Virus record (IMG/VR): IMGVR_UViG_3300031760_000035
Span: 10,959 to 74,958 of that record
DNA length: 64,000 nucleotides
Direction: 5' to 3' (one strand)
Origin: a virus
Lineage: Duplodnaviria > Caudoviricetes
Shown here: positions 1-12,172 of the stretch, one piece after another
Layout of the letters: every line of letters begins with the position of its first letter
Numbering within the stretch: the first letter of the stretch is position 1
Notes under the pieces: model-generated
Database searches by the model: none
Seen by the model: the letters and a program-made list of their open reading frames with translations, nothing else
Told to the model about the DNA's origin: nothing
Translations under genes and position numbers: made by a program

Positions 1-43
1 GCGAGCTGGGGGCATTCGTCGCTGTATGTAGGGCAATTTGCCT

Positions 44-1003
44 TTAGTCACCGCAGATGTAATGCAGCAGTCTGCACATGGCCCACGCGACATCCTCGTT
101 AGACCAACGGCTGTATGCAGCGGCCTTGTCGAAGATGTAGTCGAGGCGATCCACGTCATCCTCGTTCAGGAAGCACTCGGGAAGCACCTCGATGGCCTCA
201 AGCGGGTGTCCGTCATAGCCAATCGGGCGGTGCCTAGCCATTTCCCCTCACCTTCTCGCACTCTGCGTCGATGAGGGCAGGTATCTCGCTCTCGTGCTCG
301 CACTCGATCACGAACTCCCTGAACTTCGGCCTGTGCTTGGTCCTCACATCGACCCTCGTGCCGTTGTCGAGCCGCTGCCACGTGTCGTACTGGTAGCCGC
401 CGAGGTCAATGCGCCGCTGCGCGACGGGAATGACGGCATCGCCGACAGAAAGGCCGTCGAAGTCGGGTATCTCCTCGGCGAGCACGTCGAACTTGTACCT
501 AATCATCTGTCACCAACCAATCACCGGATTGTGTGCGATTTCGAGAACCAACTGCCTGGTGCCAACGATTTTTCGGCGTCCCTGAACGGTGTCGGCGACG
601 CCTCAGCGATGCCCACAGGGCGCACGCCCGCGTTTCCCGCCATGATTTCGTCAAGCATCATCCGTTCGAGCGTCTGCGTGAAGCGCCTATAGACGTAGGC
701 CCAGAAGAAGTCCTGGTGGTAGTCGCTCCACGTCTCAACCTCGTCAAGCAGCTCTTGTGGCAGGCGGTCTGCGAAAAGCTCCTTCGAGCGTTCGATCACG
801 TCGGTAGCCATCGCCTACTCCTCGGGAATCTCGGGCATGGGCCACGCGAAGCCGCAATCGATGAGCAGCATGTACTCAAGGCGGTCGGTAATGGCGCGAC
901 GAACGGCGTTGTCGAAAAGCTCATCGTCAAGAATCGCCGTGCTGACATGGAACTCGTTCGCCAGCTTGCGCCGCGCCATCTCGTAGTCAACAAGCGCGCT
1001 CAT
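44..1003 (-). CDS. Four short hypothetical phage genes (44-241, 234-506, 521-811, 815-1003)
   Basis: Abutting or overlapping minus-strand ORFs with SD-like GGAG upstream of several starts; no recognisable motifs. Confidence 0.5.
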
Positions 1004-1479
1004 CGCCCCATCTCCTTTAGGTGCGCTATGCCGATAGACTCCCACTGGTCTATGGAGTCGTTCACGGCACCCTCTATGGACTTGATCTTGTTGCGCTCGC
1101 TCAGCGTGTCGAACGCATCTATGACCTCGGCTATCCTGTCCGTGCTGTCGGCAAGAATCTCGCGCCACGAAGCGCCTTGGAGGTAGTAGCGCGTCACGAC
1201 CTCAACCATGAGGTTATCTGCGATCCTAGCGATCCCACGCACTATGTCCCAAGCCTCGTCAATCGGCTGTCGCAGGTCGTATGCGTCGATCTCCTGCTCC
1301 TGCCACTCAAGAAGCTCATCGACCTTGCGCATGGGGTCGAGGATTCCAGTCTTGGAATGGACTCCGTAGGAATGGCCCTGCACGCCGATGGCGGCACGCC
1401 TAATCTCGGCCTGCTCCTCGATCAGCCGTATCTCCAAGGCCGCGTCACGCGCCGCGTCAAGAACCTCGCGTACCGTCAA
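1000..1479 (-). CDS. Putative late transcriptional regulator (ArpU/RinA-like)
   Basis: 159 aa with an N-terminal coiled coil and a C-terminal 'VVTRYYLQGASWREI' sigma-70 region 4-like segment; last early-region gene before the packaging genes if the genome is circular. Confidence 0.5.
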   Translation of the reverse strand: MTVREVLDAARDAALEIRLIEEQAEIRRAAIGVQGHSYGVHSKTGILDPMRKVDELLEWQEQEIDAYDLRQPIDEAWDIVRGIARIADNLMVEVVTRYYLQGASWREILADSTDRIAEVIDAFDTLSERNKIKSIEGAVNDSIDQWESIGIAHLKEMGR

Positions 1480-1521
1480 ACGCCCTCCTCACGCCGCAAT
1501 GGTGCCAACTAGACATTATGG

Positions 1522-1568
1522 CACAACATATTGTGTTCGTAGGGCTTCTAATACACAAGATGTGGTGT
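1522..1568. promoter_or_regulatory. Paired operator-like palindromes CACAACATATTGTG (1522-1535) and ACACAAGATGTGGTGT (1553-1568) over an extended -10 promoter
   Basis: The same 14-mer recurs at 60646-60659 and 63756-63769; the minus strand reads TGcCATAAT just downstream. Confidence 0.6.
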
Positions 1569-1600
1569 ATCTGTATGCTACATGCGATTTCTGGGCGATT

Positions 1601-1876
1601 CTAGTGCGATGTGAGGTGCCATCCGCCTCAGTATCGGCACGGATAGGCCCTCAGCATCGGCGATCCACGCATTACCCGCTTCGTCGCGACGGTCAATGCC
1701 TCCATCTTCGAGCCGTAACGCACCTTCCTGCCGCATTGCTGGTGGGCCTGCTCGCCATACTCACTCGTGACCCTCGAATCGCGGTTCAGACGCCTGTTCA
1801 TGGCCCTCTTTCGGGCAACCTTCCCCTTCTTCTTGTCAAATCGCCTGCGATGCGGGCGCTTCTTGTGGCTGCGCAT
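1601..1876 (-). pseudogene. Small basic Zn-binding-type phage protein with an in-frame TGA at 1628-1630
   Basis: Frame reads RAYPCRY*GGWHLTSH-stop; the TGA sits where the second Cys of a YxCxxCxGWHLT motif is expected. Confidence 0.55.
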
Positions 1877-1881
1877 GGCCC

Positions 1882-2310
1882 TTAGCGCAAGCCGGTGCTT
1901 CCGAAGCCGTTGCTGCCACGCTCGGTGTCGGAAAGCTCGTCAACCTCGACGCACTCGCACGTCTCATGCGAGAGGATGATGATTTGGGCCACGCGCTCCC
2001 CCCTCTCCACAGTAACGAGGTCGTGACCCGCGTTGTACAGGGGCAGCATGATCTCCCCGCGATAGTCGGAGTCGATGATACCAGGCGTGTTGACGATGGT
2101 GACGCCACGCTTCGACGCCATGCCGCTTCTGGGCACGACCATCCCGAAATAGCCGCGCGGAAGCTCGATTGCCACCCCAGTGCCCACCTTGACCGTGCCC
2201 TGCGGCGCGATCTCCACCGTCTCGCGGCTAGTAAGGTCCATCCCTGCGTCACCTGGCTTCGAGTGCTTGGGCATCGGAGCGCCATCGGTGAGCTTGACGT
2301 TGATCCTCAT
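1882..2310 (-). CDS. dut: dUTPase (trimeric)
   Basis: Motifs AGMDL, PRSG, PGIIDSDYRGEI, RVAQII, RGSNGFGSTG. Confidence 0.97.
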   Translation of the reverse strand: MRINVKLTDGAPMPKHSKPGDAGMDLTSRETVEIAPQGTVKVGTGVAIELPRGYFGMVVPRSGMASKRGVTIVNTPGIIDSDYRGEIMLPLYNAGHDLVTVERGERVAQIIILSHETCECVEVDELSDTERGSNGFGSTGLR

Positions 2311-2342
2311 TCATATCCTCCCATTCGTTGTCAAGAAAGTGC

Positions 2343-2380
2343 CTATAGCCGCCAAAAACAAGCGATTCTGGCGGCTATAG
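2343..2380. terminator. 12-bp perfect inverted repeat CTATAGCCGCCA...TGGCGGCTATAG between thyX and dut
   Basis: Arms at 2343-2354 and 2369-2380; no U-tract, so terminator versus RNA stabiliser is uncertain. Confidence 0.45.
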
Positions 2381-2424
2381 ACCACACGAACACATTCCAA
2401 ACAAATCGTCGCTGTATATATGGC

Positions 2425-2967
2425 CTACGGCAGGAACCTGGTTGACTCCCCGCACGGCCTGAACTCGTTGCAGTAGAAAACCTTGTCGATTGCACGGCAC
2501 TTCGGCACGAGGAACGGCTTGAACTCGGGGTTCACCGCTATCACGGCCCTGCAAATGAGCTGCATGGCACGTCGCGTCTCGGGAGCGGACTGTCCGCAAA
2601 GGCGCATGCGGGCCATCTGGATAAGCTCTTGCGCGTTCACGTCCATCACGTGCATAACGGGAGCGTCCTGACGCGCGGCCTCTCGGTCGTACTTGTCCTG
2701 ACGGTCATTTCGCTGGCTGCTGACGTAGTGCTCGACGCCGTACTTGTGCCTACAGAAGTGGACGCTCACCCAGTACGGGAGCGTGATGCGGATTGTGAAC
2801 ATGAGCGTTCGGATGGGGCTGTGCCCCGCCTTGATGATCTTGTGCTTCCACTCGTCGCTGACAGCGCCGCCCCACTTCCTGCCAATGGTGTTCATGGCAA
2901 GCATCTTGCAACGCTCCCAGTCCTCGTCCTCTGGATGCCGCAGGACTTCAACCTTGTACTCAGTCAC
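2425..2967 (-). CDS. thyX: Flavin-dependent thymidylate synthase (short phage ThyX-like)
   Basis: GHSPIRTL...VSVHFCRHK...VSSQR matches the ThyX RHR-x7-SxR region; lies next to dut. Confidence 0.8.
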   Translation of the reverse strand: MTEYKVEVLRHPEDEDWERCKMLAMNTIGRKWGGAVSDEWKHKIIKAGHSPIRTLMFTIRITLPYWVSVHFCRHKYGVEHYVSSQRNDRQDKYDREAARQDAPVMHVMDVNAQELIQMARMRLCGQSAPETRRAMQLICRAVIAVNPEFKPFLVPKCRAIDKVFYCNEFRPCGESTRFLP

Positions 2968-5900
2968 TCTCGATCCCCTCCATGTAGCTTCGCAGCTCTT
3001 CCTGCGTCGGAACCCACACGCTCACAACCTTGTCGGTTCTGACGAGACGCCCATCGACGGTGAGCAGCCACTTGTTGCGCTCCACCTTCATGCGCACAAG
3101 GTCAATCTCCCCCTCTACGACGTGGACATCCGCATCGGCTGTCGTGAGCATCGTCACCTCGTTATCGTCCGGCATCGGCCCCTCCATCCTTCCTCAATCG
3201 CTGCAAGTTATCCTGCACGCCCTTGCAAAGCTCCTCGTACACACCGTCGCAGCCGTCCATGACGTAGATGGGTGTGCCGTTGCGCGTGTTGTCCTGGATT
3301 GCGTCAACGCAGCGGCGCATCTGCTTTATCGTGTCGCGCGACACACTGACGGTGCCGGTGAGGTGGCTGCCGTTGTGATCGCACCAGCAGTACATGTCGC
3401 GCAGGAACTTGGAAAGGTCGCGCAGGGCATCGACACTAGTGACTTTCTTCAAAGACATCCTCCTTGGGTTGGTAGATGTATATGAGCGAGTTGACCGTGC
3501 GCAGGATTTGCTGCTCCACCTGATTCCCGGCGAGCGTCGTTTCACGCGCGACAAGGGATACAAGCTCGTCCAAGGTCATGTCGGCATCGAGCACGTCAGG
3601 CCCTTGGAACGACTTGCTAATCATGATGTAGGTATCCTTCAATGGCTTCCTCCGTTCGTCGCTGTATAAAAGGGCACCCGCAGCTCTCGCCACGGGTGCC
3701 ACGATTGCCACTCTATGTTGCCGCCTAGCGCAGCACGTCCTCGATGCGACAGCTATCGAACAGGTCGTAGCCACGAAGGCCGCTGTGCTGTGGAGCGGAT
3801 GCCATGAACACGACCTTGCCGACTGACTGGCCGAACATGACTGTCGGTGTGGTTGATTTCCGCGCCGTCCAGTTCCCAGCACGAATGTCTTTGAGCCACC
3901 GCACGTACTCGTTAAAGGCGTAGACGGCATCCCTATGCGTGCTGAACCTGGCTATGACGTTCTCGCCATTGAGCGCGTGCATTGACGCTCGGATCATCTC
4001 GCGGTGAGTCATCATGGTTTGCCTCCTAAAAGTGCAAGTGCACGTCGCTGATGTCGATGCCCAACGACTCGACCTCCGACTTGTAGTAAAGCTCGGCCCA
4101 CTCCTCGTCCTCGTAGGCATAGCTCGCATAGAGATCGTGAATCAGCTTGCCCACGTCCCGCATCGAGCACCAGTCTGGCTTTGTCTCGCTAATGATGTGC
4201 TCAGTCACGGTCTTGTCATCGACGGCGCAAGGGTCATGCCACTCGCCCCAGCACGCAAGCGGGCACTCTCTACACGTTGTCGGCAGCTTGTCCATGTCTG
4301 GTATGTCGATTGCTACCAGCATCTCGGGTGTCCCTTCCTGTCGCGCCTGAGACTTCGCACGGTGTACTTGTAGCGGCCAGTGACTAGCTTGTAGAACCTG
4401 TTCAACGACCACCACTGGGGCTTGAGCCTGAACGTAATCGGCTCATTGGACAGCTCCATCAGCCTGCCAGCCCACAGTTCCGTCTCGTCATCGTCGCTGT
4501 CAGCGGTCAACGAGACGCCACCCTCATCGACGTACCCAAGGTTCTCGAACTCGTCGCTGTCAGTGGCGCAAAACATGAAGCCACCTGACGCGAGGATGCT
4601 ATCGTCACCCATCCGACTCGTCACCTCCGAAGATGACCCTCACGGCCAGAACGACCATGAGGGTCATGCACATCCCAAACCATGTCCCGCATGCAAACTC
4701 GATCATACGCACGCCTAGCAAGTGACGGTGTAGGGCGGCTTGATGGCGGTGTCACTACGGAATGTCAAGACATTCTTATCGTCATGGCTCAGAGCGTCGA
4801 TGAGCATGCTCCGAATGTGCTCATACGTCTCGTCGGCCTCGATGCGCAAGTCTGCGCAATCCTCCATGGAGTCCAGCTTGGTGCAGAGCGTGGTCGCACT
4901 GATAAGCCCATCGACCATCCACTCTGCCTGTTCCTTCGTGAATGTCACTCTACTTCCCCCTCATCGACTCGTAATCCAGCAGAACTCCCGCACCCAGGTT
5001 GTCGCTGTAACTATCGGTGCCGTCAACAGCCTCGGACATCCAGCACCCGTCACCGATTGTCGTGAGGGACTGGACATGGAACGGGCCATCATCGAACATC
5101 AGCCAGTCGCCGACGTTGATGGGATTGCCGTTTCGGTCTGTCGGCAGTTTGATCTTCCGCTTGCGCCTCTTGCTCATCTCACCCTCATTTCGTCTGGAAG
5201 AACCTTCATCGTTATGAAGTCGATGAAATCGACCTTGTACAGCGGCATGTCCTCTGGCGGCTCGTGGATTTTGAAGTCGATCTCCGGATTATGCAGCCTT
5301 CCGCAGAGCTTGCACCTCTTGCCGACGTGGAAGAACGGAACCCTCTCCCCTCTCCTGTGAATGAAAGAGCCTGTATCAATGCAGACCATCTCGTAATCGT
5401 GCTTGTGGTCGCTGCGAGCGTGCTTCTTCTTTGGCTTCTTCGACTTGAACCTCGGCTCGTCCGGCAGCGGTGCGTACTTGTGCCGCAGGGAGTCCTCGTC
5501 ATGCATCCGACGCCTCCATCCACTCTCTCGGGAGTTCACTTGCCTGCTCATTTGTGACCAGATACAAGCGCCTACAGGAATCGCAGACGTACCAGCCTTG
5601 TCGTATGTGAAGCACCGGGTTGTAGAAGCTAAAGAAGTTCGCTGGGATACGGTCAACCTCCCTGCCGCAGTAGGCACACTCAGTCATCGGGCACCTCGAT
5701 TCCAAGCTCGCGCATTTGCTCTTCGACCCACCGCTTCTCAGGTGCTCCGTAAGGCCCCCAGTCGTGCCCACTGACGTAGCAGCGGTGCATGTACTCGACC
5801 AGCTCCCGCAGCTTGGCAATCTCTGCCACGTATGCCTCAACCGTTTCGGCAGAGAACCATCGTCCGCTGTCAGGCAGCAGCTCTTCAAGCTCTGCTATGC

Positions 5901-6643
5901 GCTCCCGCAGCTTGGCGTTCTCGGACTCAAGCGCCATGCTCTCGTCCAATATGAGGCGTGCGCTTTCCTCGCCGTCCGACACGACCTCGCGCAGCCTTGC
6001 GTTCTCGGCCTCAAGCCCCTCGATTATGTCAGCCGCGCCCATCATCAGCGTCGCCGCCTGCGGCATCGCAAGACCCACGCTCTCAGCCATAGCACGCAGC
6101 TCGTCGCACTTGGCGCTAATCATGCTTATTCCGACCTCCCATCACGCCGATCGAATCGCATTGGCGTGGCTCGGTCGCCGTCCGCTCGCCTAACCCACCT
6201 GGATACAGTGGCGGGATGCACGCCAAGCGCATCAGCCACATCGTCCCTTGTCGCGGTTCCGCTCATCAGCCTATCGACCCACATATCGCGCAGGCCAACC
6301 GGCGTCTGCATCCTCCGATACGGGAACCTCGACCTGTCCGACGCTATGACCTGATTGACCCTGGCCTTGCTGTAGCCAAGCTCGTTGACAATGCGCTTGA
6401 GCGACACCCCATCGCTCCACATCCGCTCCAACAGGTCAAGCTCGGCGTCCGTCATGCCAGTATCCCAGCGCGCTTCGCAATCCTGCGAACGTCTCGGCGC
6501 TTGAGATCGAACGCAAACGCGACCTCCTCGACGGTATGACCTCCACGGAGCATCGCAATGACGTTGCCCTTGTCAACGCTCCTCATGCTCGCCTCGCACC
6601 CCTCGACGTGAACCTGCGCGACCATGCTGTTTCGCCTGAACAA
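2960..6643 (-). CDS. Run of about 12 short hypothetical genes, including two small HTH-like proteins (6126-6455, 6452-6643)
   Basis: Tightly packed ORFs with ATGA overlaps; 4950-5177 carries a YopX-like 'PTDRNGNPINVGD' motif. Confidence 0.5.
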
Positions 6644-6736
6644 TTCCCATCACTCTCCAATCGGATCGCCTCATTTGAAGTCCTCGCATCGGCATGGCTG
6701 ACCACAGCCGACGCGAGGACCAAATGCGGATTTCAA

Positions 6737-9661
6737 TTACTCGTCAACATCGCCAGTAAGGCGCAGTTTCGATGCAAAGCGCTCGATGGCGTCGGTCACC
6801 TCATGGTCATCGACCTCGTTGGCACAGCCGACAAACTCAGAGGCAAACTCCCGCAGCACGTCCTCAACGGTCGGCTCGTGGTAATGACGAAAGAAGCCAT
6901 CGAGCGCGGTCGGTGCCTGCTCCCCTTCGAGTTGCACTCCCCAATGAAGCTCTCCGCCCCATTTCTTCGGATACTTCGAAAGCATCAGCGCAATCACATG
7001 GCCACGCGCCTTGCCGCGCTCCATCATGTCTCCCACGTGGATAATCTCGCCGTCAGCGTCCACGGGAAGGAGCACGCTGGCGTCGGCGAGATTGTTCAGC
7101 TCCCGTATGGCCTTCTGGTATTCCGCGTCTATGCGGTCGGCGATGGCTGTCACGACATCGTGTGTATCTCCACAGAAGCCGTATCCCCACTTCCTCAGCT
7201 CGTCAGTGATGCTCATTCGGCATCACCCGCCAGACGGAGCTTGGCGGCGTACTTCTCCACGACACCCTTTCGGATGGTCAGCGCGTCATCCTTGCAGACG
7301 GCCAGTGCGAACTCCCGCAGCACGTCCTCGACGGTCGGCTTGCGGTAATGACAGCACATGTCGGCAAAGCGCGGGCCGTCCTCGACCATGACCACGGATG
7401 GTGGCATGAGAGCCACGACCTCCTTTGGCTTGGTGTTGTCCTTGTAGGCAATCACGTCACCAATGCGAATAGGCACGTTGTTAGCATCCACTGGCAACTT
7501 GACGTAGTTGGCGTCTCGCTCGGCCACCCACTCGTCATGCTCGCGCCACATGTCGTACATAGCGCTCTCGTGCTTCGCGTCTATGCGGTCGGCTATGCGC
7601 TCAAAGTCAGCGAGAATGCCGTCAACGTCCCCAGCGTCCAAGTCATTCATGAGACTCGGTGTCTCGCGCCAATCTTGCGCGTACTCCCTCAGCTCGTCAG
7701 TAATTCTCATTCGGCATCACCGCGCAATTGGAGCTTGGCGGCGAAGTCAGCAATGTTGCCGCTCTCCATCACGTCATCAATGTCGTAGAAACGGTGCGCA
7801 GAGTCCTCGTTCCAAGTGTTGTGGCAAAGTGTCACCACTCCACGCAGCACGTCCTCGACGGTCGGCTTGTGGTGGTGACGCAAGCGCTTACGCTTGCGTG
7901 GGCACTTGTGCTCGTCCATCGGTTCAAGCTCGCCGTTGCTCATAATGTAGCCAACAACCTCGAACGGCTCGCAAAAGCCGCCGCCAACCTTCTTCCCTTC
8001 CATCACGTCGCCGATGCGAACGGGCACACCGTCAGCATCCACGGGAATCTTGACGTAGGAGGTCATGTCTGGCAGTTCGACCGACTCCACGCCATTGCCG
8101 TAGGCTTCTGCGCAGGCGTTCTCACACTCCGCATCTATGCGGTCGGCGATGGCTCGGAGGTTTGCCTGTTGCTTGTCGGTCGGTACCCAGCCTGTATACG
8201 GGTCAGCCGCGAACAGGCGCAGCTCGTCAGTGATGCTCATTTGGCATCACCTCGCAATTGGAGCTTGGCTGCTTGCTCGTGCAACCATTCCTCGACCTCT
8301 GGCGTGCGCTCTTCCACGGCCCCGAAATGCTTCAAGCTCTCGTACAGCACGTCCTCAACGGTCGGCTTGTGACGAACACGCTTGTTGCGCGCAGTTGTCC
8401 ACTCTGCCTGCTCGCCATCTCCATCAGGGTCAACATAAAACAGCGTGTCATTTGTGCCGATACCGATTACGTCAATCGCGTCCCCGCTGTCGCACCACTC
8501 AACCACGTCGCCGACATGAACAGGCTCGCCATAGGAATCCTTTGGAAGCATCATCCAGCCAGCCCTCTCCAAGTCTGCGACAAGGGTGGCATTGCCATCC
8601 ATCAGCTCGGCGTGGCACTCGTGGTAGCCCTTGAGCCACATATCGCCGTTCTTGGCCTTGAGGTCATCGATCTCCTTCTGCATGTTGCATGCATTGTTGT
8701 ACCACTCTAGGCACTCGCGCTCCTGCTTTTCGTTGACGTGGCACGCAACCTCATAGTCACGCTCAAGGTCGTGGATGTGCTCAAGCGCCTGTTCGTAGAG
8801 GCTCTTCCAATGCTCGCGCGCACTGGTTGCTTGGTCGAAGTTGTTGCGCTGTGTCTTGCACTCGGAAGTGAGGCGCTTTACCTCGCGTTCAAGCATGTTG
8901 ATGCGTTCGGACTCGGCGGGATACATGGTGCGCTGGCGCAGCTCTTCGTTCTCGCGCTCTAGACTTGCATGGATTGCGTCGATGGCGTCGCACTTCATCA
9001 GGAAGCCCTCGTACCCAATGGTGCCGATGCGGCTTACAACCATCTGTCCGTCAGTCTCGGAGGGCTTGTACGCCTCCATGTAGCTGCGAAGGTCGCCGGT
9101 GACGGGCTTTAGTCCCTCAGCCATTGAATCGACACTGTTATCAGCAGTATGTCCAACGGGAGCAGCATCAGGGCCACCATCACGAGCTGGCACACATCCT
9201 GTGGAGTCCATTGCATCCTGCTCCTCCTTCCACATCCCGTACAGGTCGCTGAGGCTTGCTGGTGTCTGGTCACCGCCAAGCAGGTGAATCAGCTTGTCAC
9301 GCACCTCGCCAAATGAAAGATCGCTGCTGTCGATGCCCAACGCGGCAGACAGGTCGCTGTACCACTTGGCAAACGGACTGCCTGAATACTCGGGGTAGCT
9401 GACTGACATCTTCCTCAGCTCGCACAACGCCTTGTGGCGCTCGTTGCCAAGCACGTCGTATGCCACATGGGTGCTCTGCTCCCGCTTCCAGCCAAGCGCT
9501 ATCTTGTATGCGTCAACCTCCACGTTATGAGCGTCTTTGATACGCTCGCAGCACTCATGGATTCGGTCATCGATGCGTGCGCAGCAGTCGTGCCCGTACT
9601 GCACGAGGGCCTCCACCTCATCGTCAAAGCTGCCGATAGCGCATTCGTAGAAATCGCCCAA
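6737..9661 (-). CDS. Four tandem paralogous genes (6737-7216, 7213-7710, 7707-8240, 8237-9661)
   Basis: Shared blocks MSITDELR..IADRID (first three), LPxDxxGxxIxxGD and PTVEDVL..AAKLxLxGD; 23-bp repeat CAGCACGTCCTCRACGGTCGGCT at 6854, 7318, 7845 and 8345. Confidence 0.8.
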
Positions 9662-10192
9662 CTAGGCCACCTCCGTCTTAACGGTGGAGGGCCTACCCTC
9701 GCAGGCCCTCCGCTGCTTTTCCCTCTTGTATATGCGCCGTATGCTGTCTGGACTTGTCCCGTACCACGCGCCGAGCGACACGTAGCTCCAATGGGACTCG
9801 ACAAGCGACACAAGCTCGTCAAGCTCCCAGTCGCTCAGGCAGAGCGGCGAACGTCGCTTGCCCATCACCCATCCCATTCCGTGCAGTCGGCGCAGCCGAG
9901 GATTCGCGCGCAATCGTCCTGCCAGCACATGCGGTTCGTGTCAACCTCGCCTCCGAACGCGAGCATGCCGAGGACTCTCAGGCACGCACTGCAATGCACG
10001 CACTCGTCCATCCACTCTGCCCCGGTCTTCTCAGGCTCATCGTCGGGGAACTCCTGCACGCTGTCGTTGGTCAGCGTCACGTTGTCGGTGTTGAGTCGGC
10101 GGTCGATCATCACATTCCTCCCCTCGAAGCTATCACGCCGGATATGATTGCCACGGCAATGGCGACAGCCGCTATGAGACGGCGCAGGCGCA

Positions 10193-10975
10193 TCACACCA
10201 TCCATGCGACCTCCTCCACGACGAACGCATTCTCGCTGCCGAGGAACTTCGCCACCGCGTTGAGCTTGTCAACCTCCGTGAGTGCGGCATCCATCGTGAG
10301 GTACAGGCCGTAGCATCGCGGCTCAGGTGCCTTTGCCCAGATGAGGTACGCAGGCTCGGACGTGTCCGCAAGGGGAGCGCCAGTGGCCTCCATGTGCTTG
10401 GTGGTGGCGGCGTCGAACTCCTCCTGGACATCGTGGACGGCATCGCTGGTCATCGGGCGTATCTCCTCGATGGGGTCGAGCGGATAGCCGCACACGACAG
10501 TGCTCTCGGCAAGCTCGGCCTTGGAGTCCTCGCTTGGCTGCGTGTCGTGCTTGGCCGGAACTGGCTTGCGCTCAGGCTCGTCCTTGCGCTCAACCATGTC
10601 CATGAAAGCCTGCTCGTCGCGCAGGTCTTGGCACCACTTCTCCCACTGCTGCTGCGCGTTCCTCGCGTTGACTCCGACGAAGGTTTTGGACTTCGCCCTG
10701 CCTCCGATCACGCACGTGCCCTCGAACCTGTGTGGGTCAGTCGTTGAGGTCAGACGCCCGTTGGCCTTGTCACCCGCCACGATCTTCGACTTCGCCGCCA
10801 TGTCACCCGCCTCCTTCGACTTCCGCTCCTGCTTCTTGCGCTGCTCCGAGATGATGCGGTACGCGGTGCTGCGCGCAATGTTGTACCTGTCGGCTATGTC
10901 CTGCGTCCTTTCGCCGAGACAGTGCATCGTGTAGATGCCATCCTTCTCGTGCTCTGTGAGCTTGACGTTCTGCAT
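10193..10975 (-). CDS. HTH-domain protein
   Basis: N-terminal 'TQDIADRYNIARSTAYRII' helix-turn-helix. Confidence 0.6.
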   Translation of the reverse strand: MQNVKLTEHEKDGIYTMHCLGERTQDIADRYNIARSTAYRIISEQRKKQERKSKEAGDMAAKSKIVAGDKANGRLTSTTDPHRFEGTCVIGGRAKSKTFVGVNARNAQQQWEKWCQDLRDEQAFMDMVERKDEPERKPVPAKHDTQPSEDSKAELAESTVVCGYPLDPIEEIRPMTSDAVHDVQEEFDAATTKHMEATGAPLADTSEPAYLIWAKAPEPRCYGLYLTMDAALTEVDKLNAVAKFLGSENAFVVEEVAWMV

Positions 10976-11037
10976 TTCGCTCCCCTCGTATTCCTCTATG
11001 CTGTGCGCGAAGGGGCGCGCCACTATGGACGCGCCCA

Positions 11038-11706
11038 CTACATGCCAGCTCTTCTGTCAACGTTTCCAAGCGCGACGCTCGCATACCGTTCGCGGAACCT
11101 GCTCACGATAGCCATGGCAGTCTCGTTGTCACCGCTCTTCGACATGCGCCGGGCCAATGCGTCGGGCGTGAACTGGGTGGTCACGATGGTCGGGCGCTTG
11201 TTGGCGTATCGGTCATCGACAATCGCGAACAGCCTGCTCAGCGCCCACTGCGACGGAACCTCCTTGCCGAGGTCATCGATAACCAGCAGCGCGCATGACG
11301 TGTACCTGCCGATGACCTGCGACTCGCCCTCGGTTCGGCTGGAATAGCTGTCGCTTATCTCAGACAGCAGGCGCACCGACGATATGAAGCGCGCCTTTCC
11401 CCTGCCGCATGACAGCCAAGCCTTCGTCACCCTTGCCGCGAGCCACGTCTTGCCAGCCCCCTGCACGCCGCTGATGTAGAGTCCACCGCCGCCATCGAGC
11501 GCGTCGAGCATGTCGTAGTCCGGCTCTGCCGCTATGAAAAGGCTCGGGATGCCGCACGCGACAGCCTCCTGGTCAAGTGCGACGCCCTCGATCCTCATGT
11601 CGGTCTGCTTGCTGACCATCTTCGTCAGCCAGTCTGGCGGCTTAGTGCCGCTCTCCACGTACAGGTCGTAGAGTTCATCAAGGCTAACGTAGGTCTTGAG
11701 TTCCAT
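11038..11706 (-). CDS. DnaC/IstB-like AAA+ helicase loader
   Basis: Walker A GVQGAGKT, Walker B LLVIDDLG, 'IVDDRYANKRPTIVTT'. Confidence 0.9.
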   Translation of the reverse strand: MELKTYVSLDELYDLYVESGTKPPDWLTKMVSKQTDMRIEGVALDQEAVACGIPSLFIAAEPDYDMLDALDGGGGLYISGVQGAGKTWLAARVTKAWLSCGRGKARFISSVRLLSEISDSYSSRTEGESQVIGRYTSCALLVIDDLGKEVPSQWALSRLFAIVDDRYANKRPTIVTTQFTPDALARRMSKSGDNETAMAIVSRFRERYASVALGNVDRRAGM

Positions 11707-12172
11707 CCTCTCCCTCCTTTGACGAGAGAAGCGCATCCACCCTCTGAATGCGCTCTCCGATCCAACGCATGACTGGCACGGCCATGGAATTGCCAGCACA
11801 CTTGTAGCGTGGGCTGTCACAATCGCTGCTGGCCCACTTCCTCACCTTTCGGCGCAGCCTCTCCCTCTCTTCGTCGCTGTAATTGAATGACGCCGCAACC
11901 CTTTCGGTCACGGCGTCAACGTCACAGTCTCGAAGGCTCGTCCATCCTGTCGGAAAGCCCTGCAACCTCTCGCACTCGTCTGGCGTCAACCGCCTTACCA
12001 CATACTCGAAGTTGTCGGCAGAGTCGGGGACGAACATCGTCTGGTCTTGTGTCGTACTAAGCGTGTAGCTCACATCCTTGTCCCACATTGCGCCCTCGCC
12101 CCCACCAACATTGGGTGTGCCGGTGTGACGCAGCTTCAACATGTAGACGGACTTCTCATCATCCGCATCCAT
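11684..12172 (-). CDS. C5-cytosine methyltransferase C-terminal polypeptide (motifs IX-X)
   Basis: RRLTPDECERLQGFP and RYKCAGNSMAVPVMRWIG; has its own SD (GGAGGTGA) overlapping the upstream stop. Confidence 0.85.
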   Translation of the reverse strand: MDADDEKSVYMLKLRHTGTPNVGGGEGAMWDKDVSYTLSTTQDQTMFVPDSADNFEYVVRRLTPDECERLQGFPTGWTSLRDCDVDAVTERVAASFNYSDEERERLRRKVRKWASSDCDSPRYKCAGNSMAVPVMRWIGERIQRVDALLSSKEGEDGTQDLR

